A program made the translations under genes and the position numbers. A stretch of DNA of 64,000 bases from Coriobacteriales bacterium (GTDB taxonomy: Bacteria; Actinomycetota; Coriobacteriia; Coriobacteriales; UMGS124): the NCBI GenBank assembly GCA_017515595.1, contig JAFWFL010000126.1, positions 1,121 to 65,120 on the forward strand. Reading direction: 5' to 3'. Shown one piece after another: positions 46,754 through 54,920 of this stretch. Each line of letters opens with the position of its first letter. Within the stretch, counting starts at the first letter, position 1. Under the pieces are notes generated by a model that saw only the letters and a program-made list of their open reading frames with translations, ran no database searches and was not told where the DNA came from.

Positions 46754-48379
46754 ATGGAGATGACCCGTCGTAATTTTGTTGCCGCTGCTGCAGGTACCGC
46801 CGCTGTTGCCGGTTTGAGCGTTCCTTTTGCGAATGCTGCAAATGTTGCATATGAGACAGACGGTCCTGGCGAGACCGAGCCCATTCCGCCGGTAGATGAG
46901 CCCGCTGCTTATGATTATGAGGCTGACTTTGTTGTTATTGGTTCCGGTGGAGGCATGAGCGGTGCACTGCGCGCTCTTGACCTTGGTGCAAGCGCTATAG
47001 TTATTGAGAAAATGCCTGTTGTTGGCGGAGAAACCCAAGAGGCTTGCGTATTTGCATTTGTGAGCGGAACCCGTTGCCAGACTGAAGCCGGTCTTCCTGA
47101 CGTTACCGAGACTCTCCGCGAGAAGTTTTACGCAAGCGCTCCTTTTGGCGCCAAGCAGCGTCCTTTTATTGACAATGTTATGGCCGGCTCTAAGCAGCTT
47201 GTTGAGTGGCTTGAGGGTTTGGGCCTGCCGTTTGAGCCTGGTTACTGCGTTGGCGGTGAAGCTGTTTATGCCGTTTGCCCTGAGGGTTCGGCTGTTAACA
47301 AGATGAACCTTGAGAGCATGACATATCTCACCAAGTTCCTTGCGTCAAAGATTGAGGAGAAGGGTGGCCAGTTCCTCCTTTCAACCGAGGCTGAGGCTCT
47401 TATTATGGCTGACGGCGCCGTTAAGGGCGTTATGTGCACTGCTGAAGATGATTCTACTATTTATGTTAAGGCAAACAAGGGAGTCCTTATTGCCACCAAC
47501 GGCATTCAGGCCAACCGTGCCATGCTTGCCAAATATGCTCCTGACGCACTCCGTTGCAAGGTCAACGTCGCCGGCGGCTTTACCGACGGCAAGGGCATCC
47601 GCATGGGCTTTGGCGCCGGCGCCGAGTTTGGCGGATATGACCAGTTTGGTGTATTCGACGGTGGTCTTGACAGCATGCCGTGGGAAAGCCTTCTCTATGC
47701 TCCTGTTATCCAGGTTTGCCGCCAGCCGTGGCTGGGCATCGACGTTCATGGCGACCGTTACTCGTATGGTACCACCGGACTCTCGGGCTTTACCGCACAG
47801 GGTAAACTGCTCAAGGGCTTACCCGGCAATCATGGCTATGTAATCTTTGATGATGACTGGTATGAGCGCTCGCTTGGTTTTGACCAGCAAATGTGCCGCA
47901 TGCCGCTTGACCCGGCTGTCTTTGGTGACGAGCTCTATCGCGTTCCCGAGATTTATTGGGACTACAAGGGCGGAGTAGAAACCGCAATGGAGGAAGGTCT
48001 CATTGAGAGCGCCGACACCATTGAAGAGCTTGCCGAGAAGCTCGGTCTTGACCCGGAGGTCCTGGTTAAGGCCGTTGATAATTACAATGCTATTGTAGAA
48101 GCCGGAGAAGATCCTGATGGTCCCTACGCTGAGCATCCCGAGTATCTGTTCCCCATTGTTAAAGCTCCGTTCCATGGTGCAAAGCAGGGCGGTATGCTTT
48201 ATGCAACGTCAGCAGGTCTTGCCATTAATGAGAACATCCAGGTTCTCGACAAAATGGGCAAGCCCATCCCCGGCCTCTACTGCGGTGGCGCCGCTGCAGC
48301 CCGTGACATCCAGGTATGCGGTTCCTGCTGCTTCTCCAACACAAGCGCTTTCCTCGCAGCCACTCATGCTCTTTCATAA
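46754..48379 (+). CDS. TAT-exported FAD-dependent oxidoreductase (fumarate reductase / FAD_binding_2 family)
   Basis: Twin-arginine signal MEMTRRNFVAAAAGTAAVAGLSVPFANA. Dinucleotide fold DFVVIGSGGGMSGALRA. ATG 46754 after GAGAGGAAAA (the track ORF starts at 46682). Confidence 0.88.
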   Translation: MEMTRRNFVAAAAGTAAVAGLSVPFANAANVAYETDGPGETEPIPPVDEPAAYDYEADFVVIGSGGGMSGALRALDLGASAIVIEKMPVVGGETQEACVFAFVSGTRCQTEAGLPDVTETLREKFYASAPFGAKQRPFIDNVMAGSKQLVEWLEGLGLPFEPGYCVGGEAVYAVCPEGSAVNKMNLESMTYLTKFLASKIEEKGGQFLLSTEAEALIMADGAVKGVMCTAEDDSTIYVKANKGVLIATNGIQANRAMLAKYAPDALRCKVNVAGGFTDGKGIRMGFGAGAEFGGYDQFGVFDGGLDSMPWESLLYAPVIQVCRQPWLGIDVHGDRYSYGTTGLSGFTAQGKLLKGLPGNHGYVIFDDDWYERSLGFDQQMCRMPLDPAVFGDELYRVPEIYWDYKGGVETAMEEGLIESADTIEELAEKLGLDPEVLVKAVDNYNAIVEAGEDPDGPYAEHPEYLFPIVKAPFHGAKQGGMLYATSAGLAINENIQVLDKMGKPIPGLYCGGAAAARDIQVCGSCCFSNTSAFLAATHALS

Positions 48380-48426
48380 GACTACTTCATAGTAAGTCAT
48401 TACTACACCATTTTTTTAAGTACATT

Positions 48427-48468
48427 GCTTAGCCGAGAAACCCACCTGGGATTCTCGGCTAAGCTTTT
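48427..48468 (+). terminator. Rho-independent terminator
   Basis: Perfect 13-bp stem gcttagccgagaa / ttctcggctaagc with a 12-nt loop, followed by TTTT. Confidence 0.85.
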
Positions 48469-48594
48469 GGAATTATAAATGATGTTATGTCTGTTCAATC
48501 ATCAAAAATGAACGACATTATCAGTATATATGTGATACAGTATGCGACAGTGTATAAACAATATAGTATTTTATCTATTTACAGGAGATCTGAC

Positions 48595-48867
48595 ATGGCA
48601 CAGACAACGCTGAGCGTACGTATGGATGTAGAAATGAAAAAGAGCTTTGAATCATTTTGCGAAGATGTTGGCATGAATGTTTCGACAGCTATTAATATGT
48701 TTGTTAAAGCAGTTTTAAGAGAGCATAAACTTCCGTTCGAAGTTGTTTCTTACAATACTGATCCCTTTTATTCTCAGGCAAACTATCAGAGACTTCTTGC
48801 CGCTGCAGAACGTATGGACTTAGGCAAAGGCCGGGAACATGCCATGAACGAGGTAGCCGATGCGTAA
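48595..48867 (+). CDS. RelB/DinJ-family antitoxin
   Basis: Ribbon-helix-helix start MAQTTLSVRMDVEMKKSFESFCEDVGMNVSTAINMFVKAV. ATG 48595 lies 7 nt after AGGAG. Overlaps the toxin gene by 8 nt. Confidence 0.85.
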   Translation: MAQTTLSVRMDVEMKKSFESFCEDVGMNVSTAINMFVKAVLREHKLPFEVVSYNTDPFYSQANYQRLLAAAERMDLGKGREHAMNEVADA

Positions 48868-49123
48868 ATTATGGGATGATGATGCCTGGGAGGATTACCT
48901 TTACTGGCAAGTGCAAGACAAAAAGACCTTACGTCGCATTAATGCACTACTTAAGGATATTGAACGAAACGGCTATGATGGTATAGGCAAACCTGAACCA
49001 TTAAAAGGAGCACTATCTGGCTGGTGGAGCAGGCGAATAGATGATGCAAATCGTATTGTATACAGAATACGAGAGGGCAATATCGAAATCATCCAGTGCG
49101 GTTCACATTACAGAGATAAGTAA
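48860..49123 (+). CDS. yoeB: YoeB/Txe-family toxin (ribosome-dependent mRNA interferase)
   Basis: KLWDDDAWEDYLYWQVQDKKTLRRINALLKDIERN ... IGKPEPLKGALSGWWSRRID...RIVYRI ... C-terminal HY, which is the YoeB pattern. Confidence 0.9.
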   Translation: MRKLWDDDAWEDYLYWQVQDKKTLRRINALLKDIERNGYDGIGKPEPLKGALSGWWSRRIDDANRIVYRIREGNIEIIQCGSHYRDK

Positions 49124-49134
49124 ATTTAATTAAC

Positions 49135-49187
49135 ATAGCCATGTTGTACAGTGTATAAGCACGCTGTACAACATGGCTATTTTGTTT
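49135..49187. terminator. Bidirectional terminator between yoeB and mop
   Basis: Perfect 17-bp stem atagccatgttgtacag (49135-49151) / ctgtacaacatggctat (49164-49180), followed by TTTGTTT on the plus strand and a T/A-rich run on the minus strand. Confidence 0.85.
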
Positions 49188-49241
49188 ATGATTGTTGGAA
49201 TTAAGCTCCGTCTCTCTCCCACCGGAAGCTCAAGAGAGGAT

Positions 49242-49670
49242 TTACTCCTCGATACCAACCATAACATCGGTTGACTTAACAAATGCAAGAGCGTCTGCAC
49301 CCTCAACAAGACCAAGGTCATCAATAGCCTCGTTGGTGATAGAACCGCTTACACGAAGACCGCAAGCGGTCTCAAGGGTAACGCGACCGTTAACGGCACC
49401 CTTCTCTACCTTTACAATCTTGCCGGGGAACTGATTACGAGCGCTGATAGCAAGCTTCTCTGCAGAAGCAGCAAACATAACATTGCTTGCCTTTACGATA
49501 GCAACGGCAGCCACACCTTCTGCAAGACCAAGCTCACGGATGGCTTCCATGGTGATGTCAGCCTTAATGGTTTTGCCGCAAGAGGTCTCAATGGATACAA
49601 CACCATTTACGGCGCCTTCCTTAACAGAGGTCACAACACCGGCGAACTGGTTACGGGCACTAATCTTCAT
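49242..49670 (-). CDS. mop: Molybdate-binding Mop protein (two tandem TOBE domains)
   Basis: Two copies of ISARNQF.G.V..V..GAVNG.V..ET.CG....... ITNEAI..LGL.EG..A...VK.. , the molbindin/TOBE pattern. Confidence 0.88.
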   Translation of the reverse strand: MKISARNQFAGVVTSVKEGAVNGVVSIETSCGKTIKADITMEAIRELGLAEGVAAVAIVKASNVMFAASAEKLAISARNQFPGKIVKVEKGAVNGRVTLETACGLRVSGSITNEAIDDLGLVEGADALAFVKSTDVMVGIEE

Positions 49671-50010
49671 AAGAGGTACTTCCTTTCGGTTTCGTTAGAG
49701 GGATATAGAGTTTCTCCCAAGGTTTTTGTAGCAAGGTCTTTTTGTTTTTGCCTTGCCTGCTTGACAAAACGTATATTAGACTATCCAAAAGCCTGCGCAA
49801 GCCAAATTCAAGAGGTGCCCCAAGCTCAGCCCAGACCGTAACAATTCGTACCAAGGAGTTATTCACGCGAAGATGCCCATGCTTTTTACCTGCAGGGTCT
49901 TCTTGGCAGTGAACTGGAGTATGTGTATTAATGCATCGAAAACACTCTATGTTAAATAGTGTAGAATGATGCATAGTTAATAAACCATTACTTGGGAGGG
50001 GTTTATTGTT

Positions 50011-51096
50011 ATGGCAGCAAACAATAATGAAGCAGAGATTGATGAGGGGCTTGCGGTTCAGGAAGAGCTCAGTGATGCGGAGCATGTTTTGACATGTTGC
50101 ATCAAAGATATGCCAGATAAGATTTACGCATGTCAAAAAGCAGAGATCATTCTGAGCGTAGCCTGCTCAAAACACTGTGATCTGAGTGGTGCAACCGTGA
50201 CACTATGCGGTGCTGAAGGTAGTGTGATCGCTTCTGAACAGCTTATAAAGCAGGTCTCAAAAGAGTGGTGTACACGGAGTATCGAAGTAACTTTTCCTGA
50301 AGAAGCAGGTACTTACGAGTGGACCGTCTTTTTTGAGCCTTCTCCTGATGAGGGACTAAATGGTTGGCAATCAGAAGAAGACAGTGAGTATCCTTCAGAT
50401 GATGAAGACAGCTCCTGGGTACCGGGAGACGAGTATGGCTTGGATGCATGTCCATTACACGAGGTTCAGGAGTTCCCGGCTGTTCTTAAGGTACGCAGCC
50501 ATAAGGTGAGTACACTTGCCTGGGGATTATTGGGAAATCATTTTGTTGCTGATGAGCCGTTCACCTTTACGGTAGGCGCTCAATGCGATGCTTCCTGTGA
50601 TCTCAAGGGTCAAGATATTTCGATTATAGATATAGATGCCGAGAAGCCCGTTCATACTGCAAAGCTCGAGTATTTTGGCGGTCCCATGAAAACGTTTTGG
50701 TGTGCTGATGTTACAGTAAAAGCACCTAAAGATCCTGGTAAGCATACGTGGGATATTGTGCTTCCGGCAGATAAAGTCCATGAAGAAACCCATAGACCGC
50801 TCATGTTTTGGGTAATAAGACAAGCGCCAAATGCTCTTGTGCGCGTCCATGTTCAAACAACAAAAGGAGAACCCCTGACAGGAGCCTCGGTTTCTGTTCA
50901 GGCAAAAGGGGACTCACCGTACAGAGCAAGAACTGATGATGGCGGAGATGCCATGATAAAAGTACCTGAGGGAATCTATACCGTTGGCGTTTCTAAGTCA
51001 GCATATATGTCTACCCAAGATCAGAATATAACTATCAAAGAAAACTCAGCCGCTAACCTTACCTTTGTTCTTGAAGAAGATTACATGGATTATTAA
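50011..51096 (+). CDS. Hypothetical protein: two related Cys-containing beta-sandwich-like modules, acidic linker, carboxypeptidase-regulatory-like C-terminal domain
   Basis: ATG 9 nt after GGGAGGGG. The internal duplication is visible by eye (see finding). C-terminus: VRVHVQTTKGEPLTGASVSVQAK...DDGGDAMIKVPEGIYTVGVSKSAY. No signal peptide. Confidence 0.7.
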   Translation: MAANNNEAEIDEGLAVQEELSDAEHVLTCCIKDMPDKIYACQKAEIILSVACSKHCDLSGATVTLCGAEGSVIASEQLIKQVSKEWCTRSIEVTFPEEAGTYEWTVFFEPSPDEGLNGWQSEEDSEYPSDDEDSSWVPGDEYGLDACPLHEVQEFPAVLKVRSHKVSTLAWGLLGNHFVADEPFTFTVGAQCDASCDLKGQDISIIDIDAEKPVHTAKLEYFGGPMKTFWCADVTVKAPKDPGKHTWDIVLPADKVHEETHRPLMFWVIRQAPNALVRVHVQTTKGEPLTGASVSVQAKGDSPYRARTDDGGDAMIKVPEGIYTVGVSKSAYMSTQDQNITIKENSAANLTFVLEEDYMDY

Positions 51097-51118
51097 TAAA
51101 CAGGCCGGATTCAATATC

Positions 51119-51236
51119 GCAAGTTATGACGGGTGCTAGCATGATCAAACTATAATGCATCTAAAATACCTGGCCTTTTGCTGAAAAAACTTAGGATTTG
51201 GCCAACCATCATGTTAACACCCGTCATAACTTGTAC
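51119..51236 (+). mobile_element. MITE-like palindromic repeat element, copy A
   Basis: Terminal inverted repeats: GCAAGTTATGACGGGTGCTAGCATGAT... and the reverse complement of ...CATCATGTTAACACCCGTCATAACTTG. The first 32 nt are identical to the reverse complement of copy B's right end, and the internal sequence is homologous (TAAAATACCTGGCCTTTTGC vs TAAAATACCTCGCCTTTTGC). Confidence 0.8.
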
Positions 51237-51264
51237 TTAAAACATCTAAATGCCTGCTAAGGTT

Positions 51265-52008
51265 TTATCCTCTGAAGGTGAACTGCTCTAATGCCTGGGC
51301 TATTGATCTGCTCATTTCGCACGAGAAACCCGAGTTCCATTTGCGGTCGCAGAAGGCTTTGATAGACTCGGGACCGCGGCTTGCGTCAACAGAACCAATC
51401 TTTTTGGCACATGCTGCGCGTACATCTTCTACCGGAAGATCCCGGTACTCATCTTCAAAGACCACTACATCCAAATCAAAGCGCGGCGGCTTTTTGCGAT
51501 CCTTTTGCTGCTGCGTGGGATACCCCAGAACAAGAATTGTAGCGGGAACAACATATTTGGGCAAGTTAAGGATGGATCTCTGCTCGTCATAATGCTCCAT
51601 GAAGTCGCCAATGTAACATGAGCCAATGCCCAGTGACTCGGCTGCTGTTACGGCGTTTTGCGCGGCGATGAGAGCATCCTGCATAGCAAGTACCATGTCT
51701 CCGGGACCGGGATCGCGCGGTTCACAGCCTGCCGCTTCAAACACACGCCACCACCTGCGCACATCTGCGCAGAATGCCAAAACCAGCTGTGCTTCGCCAA
51801 TAAACGGCTGGTTGTCGCAGCTTTTGATCAAAGCTTCAATCTTTGCACGGTCACGAACCACAATGATTGAATACATCTGCTGATTACCGGCAGTTGGAGC
51901 CTGGCATGCTGCTTCTAAGATGACTTGCTCTTCTTCAGGTGTAATCTCTTCATCTGTATAAGCCCTCACAGACTTACGGGAAAACAATGCTTCAATGGTA
52001 GCATTCAT
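51265..52008 (-). CDS. Nitroreductase family protein
   Basis: LFSRKSVRAY..., PTAGNQQ and the rest of the nitroreductase fold are present. ATG 52008 lies 9 nt after AAGGAG. A perfect minus-strand TATAAT at 52038-52043 would place the track start (52035) outside the transcript. Confidence 0.85.
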   Translation of the reverse strand: MNATIEALFSRKSVRAYTDEEITPEEEQVILEAACQAPTAGNQQMYSIIVVRDRAKIEALIKSCDNQPFIGEAQLVLAFCADVRRWWRVFEAAGCEPRDPGPGDMVLAMQDALIAAQNAVTAAESLGIGSCYIGDFMEHYDEQRSILNLPKYVVPATILVLGYPTQQQKDRKKPPRFDLDVVVFEDEYRDLPVEDVRAACAKKIGSVDASRGPESIKAFCDRKWNSGFSCEMSRSIAQALEQFTFRG

Positions 52009-52116
52009 AGCACACGGCTCCTTTCTCGGCTTCATATATTATATGCCATGATATAGAATCAAAAGATTAAAAATCGCCAACAGACAGATGAAATTGCATG
52101 AGATATCGATGATCAC

Positions 52117-52149
52117 CAAAAAGCCCCCTGTGGGTATCCACAGGGGGCT
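52117..52149 (-). terminator. Rho-independent terminator after the reductase gene
   Basis: Perfect 12-bp stem agccccctgtgg / ccacagggggct with loop gtat. On the minus strand it is followed by TTTTTGG. Confidence 0.88.
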
Positions 52150-52194
52150 CCAAAATGTGTCAGAGAACCGTCCCTTGACACAGACACTCTGATC

Positions 52195-54666
52195 TTAGAA
52201 ACCGGCGGGTATCTCGGAGAGAGCGGGGCTTATCTCTGCATAGCCGTAGGTATCGCCTACATAAGCTGCTGCATATGCACCTGCAAGACGGCCGCCTGTT
52301 TGATACCAGCCCTGGGCTACGCCGCCAAAGCCCACATAGTGACGATGCGGGTTCTGGATAACGCCCATAGAGTCAAGACCAATGGCGTAGAGACCGTCAA
52401 TTGGCGTCTCATGGTCTTCCTTAAGTACCCTGAGCTGGGCGTCAACATCGAGACCAGCGGCAGAACCAAAGGCAGCGTTGAAGATCTGGATTGCGTAGAA
52501 CGGCGGGGTTGCGATCTTAACGAGCATATCAGGATTCTTGCCAAATTCCTCGTCAACGCCCTTCTCGACCATAGCGTTATAGGCATCAATTGTTGCTTCT
52601 ACCTGAGCGGGATCAAGACCAATTTGCTCGGCGAGATCAGCGATTGTATCTGCCTTCCAGGCCATGCCCTCAGCTACCGTGAGATCAAGACCCTCATAGA
52701 CCTCGGGAACAGGCATGTCCTTGGGAATATTGCCCTGGGTATTGTAACCGTCCCAAGTGGTCCAGTTAAAGCCTGTCTCAACAATGGGGGCAAGAACTTC
52801 TTCAGAGACAATGACAAAGTAGCTCATACCACCATTCCAGTGTGCGAACGAGTCGATATCGATATCCTGCGAGAATGACTCATACTGAGACTCGTCCATA
52901 AAGCGTTTGCAGTCATGGGCAATTGCGACAGCCATGCCGTCATATGCGCATCCGAGCGGAATGTTGTTAAGGGTCCAGACGTTTTTGCGTCCTGTACGGT
53001 TTTGCAGCACGTTATCGTACTCATTAATAGGATAGTATGAAAGCCAGTGATCCAAACCGCAGTGCATAAAGATGGGGCTCATGTCAGCGTTAAAGGTGCC
53101 GGCTCCAATATTGAGAGCCGCCTCAATCATAAGACCGGTGTCGCAACCGGTGCCAACGGTCTTATACAAACCGCGGAAGCGCTCGTTGGGCAACGTCTGC
53201 ATAAGGGCATAGTTCTTGGAGAAGCCGCCGGTACCCATAATGATTGCCTTGGTCTTGATATCATATTCCTTGCCGGTTACCACATTGCGGGCTTTGACAC
53301 CCACCACCTTGTCGCCATCGAGAATAAAGTCAAAGGCCTCGGTCTCAAGCATAACGTCAGCGCCCTGCGAAACAGCCTCATCAATGAGCTGGTTAAGGTA
53401 CCTGTTTACATACTTACGACGGTCTTCATAGGTACCGGGATCAGCGCGGGAGGTACAGAGCGTGTTGAACGAACCACGGCCACCGGTCAAAACGGAGCCT
53501 GCGCCGTTGGCTACCGTACCGTAGCGCCAACCATGGCTGTAGAGCCAGTCCACGGTGAGACCGGTTTCATCAACCATAATATCGACACAGTCCTGACGTG
53601 CCAGACATTGGTCATCCTCAGTAACAAACCTCATCCAACGACGACGAAGCTCTTCTTTGTCGAGATAATCTTCACCGTTGTTGTATTCCTTCATATACTC
53701 GGGCGGGTTAACGGCAAATGCTTCATGGGTAAGGGCAGACTTACCGCCAATCTTGCCGGCGCGGTCAATAGCAAGCACGCTTACGAGCTTCTTGCCGTTG
53801 CGCTTCTGAATCTCTTCGCAAGCATTGAGCAGGGCAATGACACCGCCGTTGCCCAAACCGATTACGAGAATATCCTTCTCAAGTTCCTCAACCTCGCCTG
53901 CCTGGGTCTTAAGATCAACACGTGCATCAAACTTACCGGCGGCAGCGGCGTCAACGCCGTTCGCCTCAAATGCCTGCATAACACAATGACGTACAGCGTC
54001 ACGTACGCCTGCGCAGGTTTGGGTTGCACCCGTTACGGCGTCAATATTGATCGATTGATTTTCAATAACACGCGGGAAGAATCTCTCTTTGGCGCTCTCG
54101 AGAATAACCTCAGTATCGCCGTGAGCAAAACGGTCATCAGGAACTTCAATCTTCAAAATGGCATCTTCGTTCACGGTAACAGTAACGGGAAGGTCAATAA
54201 TCCTCCAGTAACCGCTCTTAGCAGATGCGGAGTAAACACCCGGCTTCATCTTAAGACGAGGCAGCTCTTCACCGTACATAGCAATACCATATGCGGAGCT
54301 AGCAGCCGCCAGGAAAGCAGAAGAAGTAATGGTAGCACCGGCAACTGCGTCAACATCAACACTTCCGGTCTCAAGAACAGCCGCTGCGAGTTTCTCAAGA
54401 GCCTTGCCGCCCTTCTCAGGTGTCTCGGCAAAACCGTCATAGGCAATATCGGTAACCTTACCGTCAGCTACGGTAAGAGAAACCGTGACATCACCCGCAT
54501 ATCCCTTAGCTGACGCCTCGCCTATGCCAGGGCCAGCGGCTGGCTCGTCGGCCAGTGCAGTTGCTATCTGGACAGAGTAAAGCGCACTGGCTCCGATAAG
54601 CCCAAGCGATGCCCCTTCCACAAATCCGCGCCTTGTTACAATTGCAGAGTTACGGGTGTTCTCCAT
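52195..54666 (-). CDS. TAT-exported flavoprotein reductase: two FMN_bind modules + FAD_binding_2 (fumarate/urocanate reductase-like) domain
   Basis: Twin-arginine signal VTRRGFVEGASLGLIGASAL...ALA. Two FMN_bind-type modules end in VDAVAGATITSS (54331-54351) and IDAVTGATQTCA (54028-54045). Then DILVIGLGNGGV and a long FAD_binding_2-like domain. ATG follows AAAGGAG. Confidence 0.9.
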   Translation of the reverse strand: MENTRNSAIVTRRGFVEGASLGLIGASALYSVQIATALADEPAAGPGIGEASAKGYAGDVTVSLTVADGKVTDIAYDGFAETPEKGGKALEKLAAAVLETGSVDVDAVAGATITSSAFLAAASSAYGIAMYGEELPRLKMKPGVYSASAKSGYWRIIDLPVTVTVNEDAILKIEVPDDRFAHGDTEVILESAKERFFPRVIENQSINIDAVTGATQTCAGVRDAVRHCVMQAFEANGVDAAAAGKFDARVDLKTQAGEVEELEKDILVIGLGNGGVIALLNACEEIQKRNGKKLVSVLAIDRAGKIGGKSALTHEAFAVNPPEYMKEYNNGEDYLDKEELRRRWMRFVTEDDQCLARQDCVDIMVDETGLTVDWLYSHGWRYGTVANGAGSVLTGGRGSFNTLCTSRADPGTYEDRRKYVNRYLNQLIDEAVSQGADVMLETEAFDFILDGDKVVGVKARNVVTGKEYDIKTKAIIMGTGGFSKNYALMQTLPNERFRGLYKTVGTGCDTGLMIEAALNIGAGTFNADMSPIFMHCGLDHWLSYYPINEYDNVLQNRTGRKNVWTLNNIPLGCAYDGMAVAIAHDCKRFMDESQYESFSQDIDIDSFAHWNGGMSYFVIVSEEVLAPIVETGFNWTTWDGYNTQGNIPKDMPVPEVYEGLDLTVAEGMAWKADTIADLAEQIGLDPAQVEATIDAYNAMVEKGVDEEFGKNPDMLVKIATPPFYAIQIFNAAFGSAAGLDVDAQLRVLKEDHETPIDGLYAIGLDSMGVIQNPHRHYVGFGGVAQGWYQTGGRLAGAYAAAYVGDTYGYAEISPALSEIPAGF

Positions 54667-54783
54667 GCTGTCTCCTTTGCTATGTGACCTTTATACGTAG
54701 ATAAGGCCGGTGGATAATAGACTGTGCAGACTTGTGCAGTACATGCGCGTCGGCACTAAGCATCGTGTGCTCTGGAGATAATT

Positions 54784-54812
54784 ATTATACAAACAAGCCG
54801 GCCATGCTTCAA
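54784..54812 (-). promoter_or_regulatory. Predicted sigma-70-type promoter of the reductase gene
   Basis: The minus strand reads TTGAAG (54812-54807), a 17-nt spacer, then TATAAT (54789-54784). The implied 5' UTR is about 110 nt. Confidence 0.6.
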
Positions 54813-54853
54813 CCATACAGGTTGAAGTTGGTATATCAACCTGTATGGTTGAT
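54808..54853. promoter_or_regulatory. Two 17-bp palindromic operators (TCAACC-N5-GGTTGA), the proximal one overlapping the -35
   Basis: TCAACCATACAGGTTGA at 54809-54825 and its exact reverse complement TCAACCTGTATGGTTGA at 54836-54852. Centres are 27 bp apart, at about -40 and -67 relative to the predicted start site. Confidence 0.6.
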
Positions 54854-54920
54854 ACAGTCGAGAGGTGATTTTGCGAAAATGATAATAAAATAGACGATCT
54901 GAAGCATCACTTCCAAATCA

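Noticed and set aside
49671-49860. Possible Moco (molybdenum cofactor) riboswitch upstream of mop (GGGCACCUC-like segment)
   Set aside because: The only consensus-like segment lies ~140 nt from the start codon rather than next to the SD. I could not assemble the conserved helices by eye. Left for cmscan.
49660-50136. 158-aa minus-strand ORF bridging the mop start and the hypothetical gene
   Set aside because: It overlaps two better-supported genes and an intergenic region, has no SD, and has no family resemblance.
53047-54513. 488-aa ORF on the plus strand, antisense to the flavin reductase gene
   Set aside because: It lies entirely inside a gene with strong family motifs on the other strand. 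Its translation is low-complexity with no recognisable motif or SD. Long antisense frames are expected from codon bias in moderately GC-rich genes.
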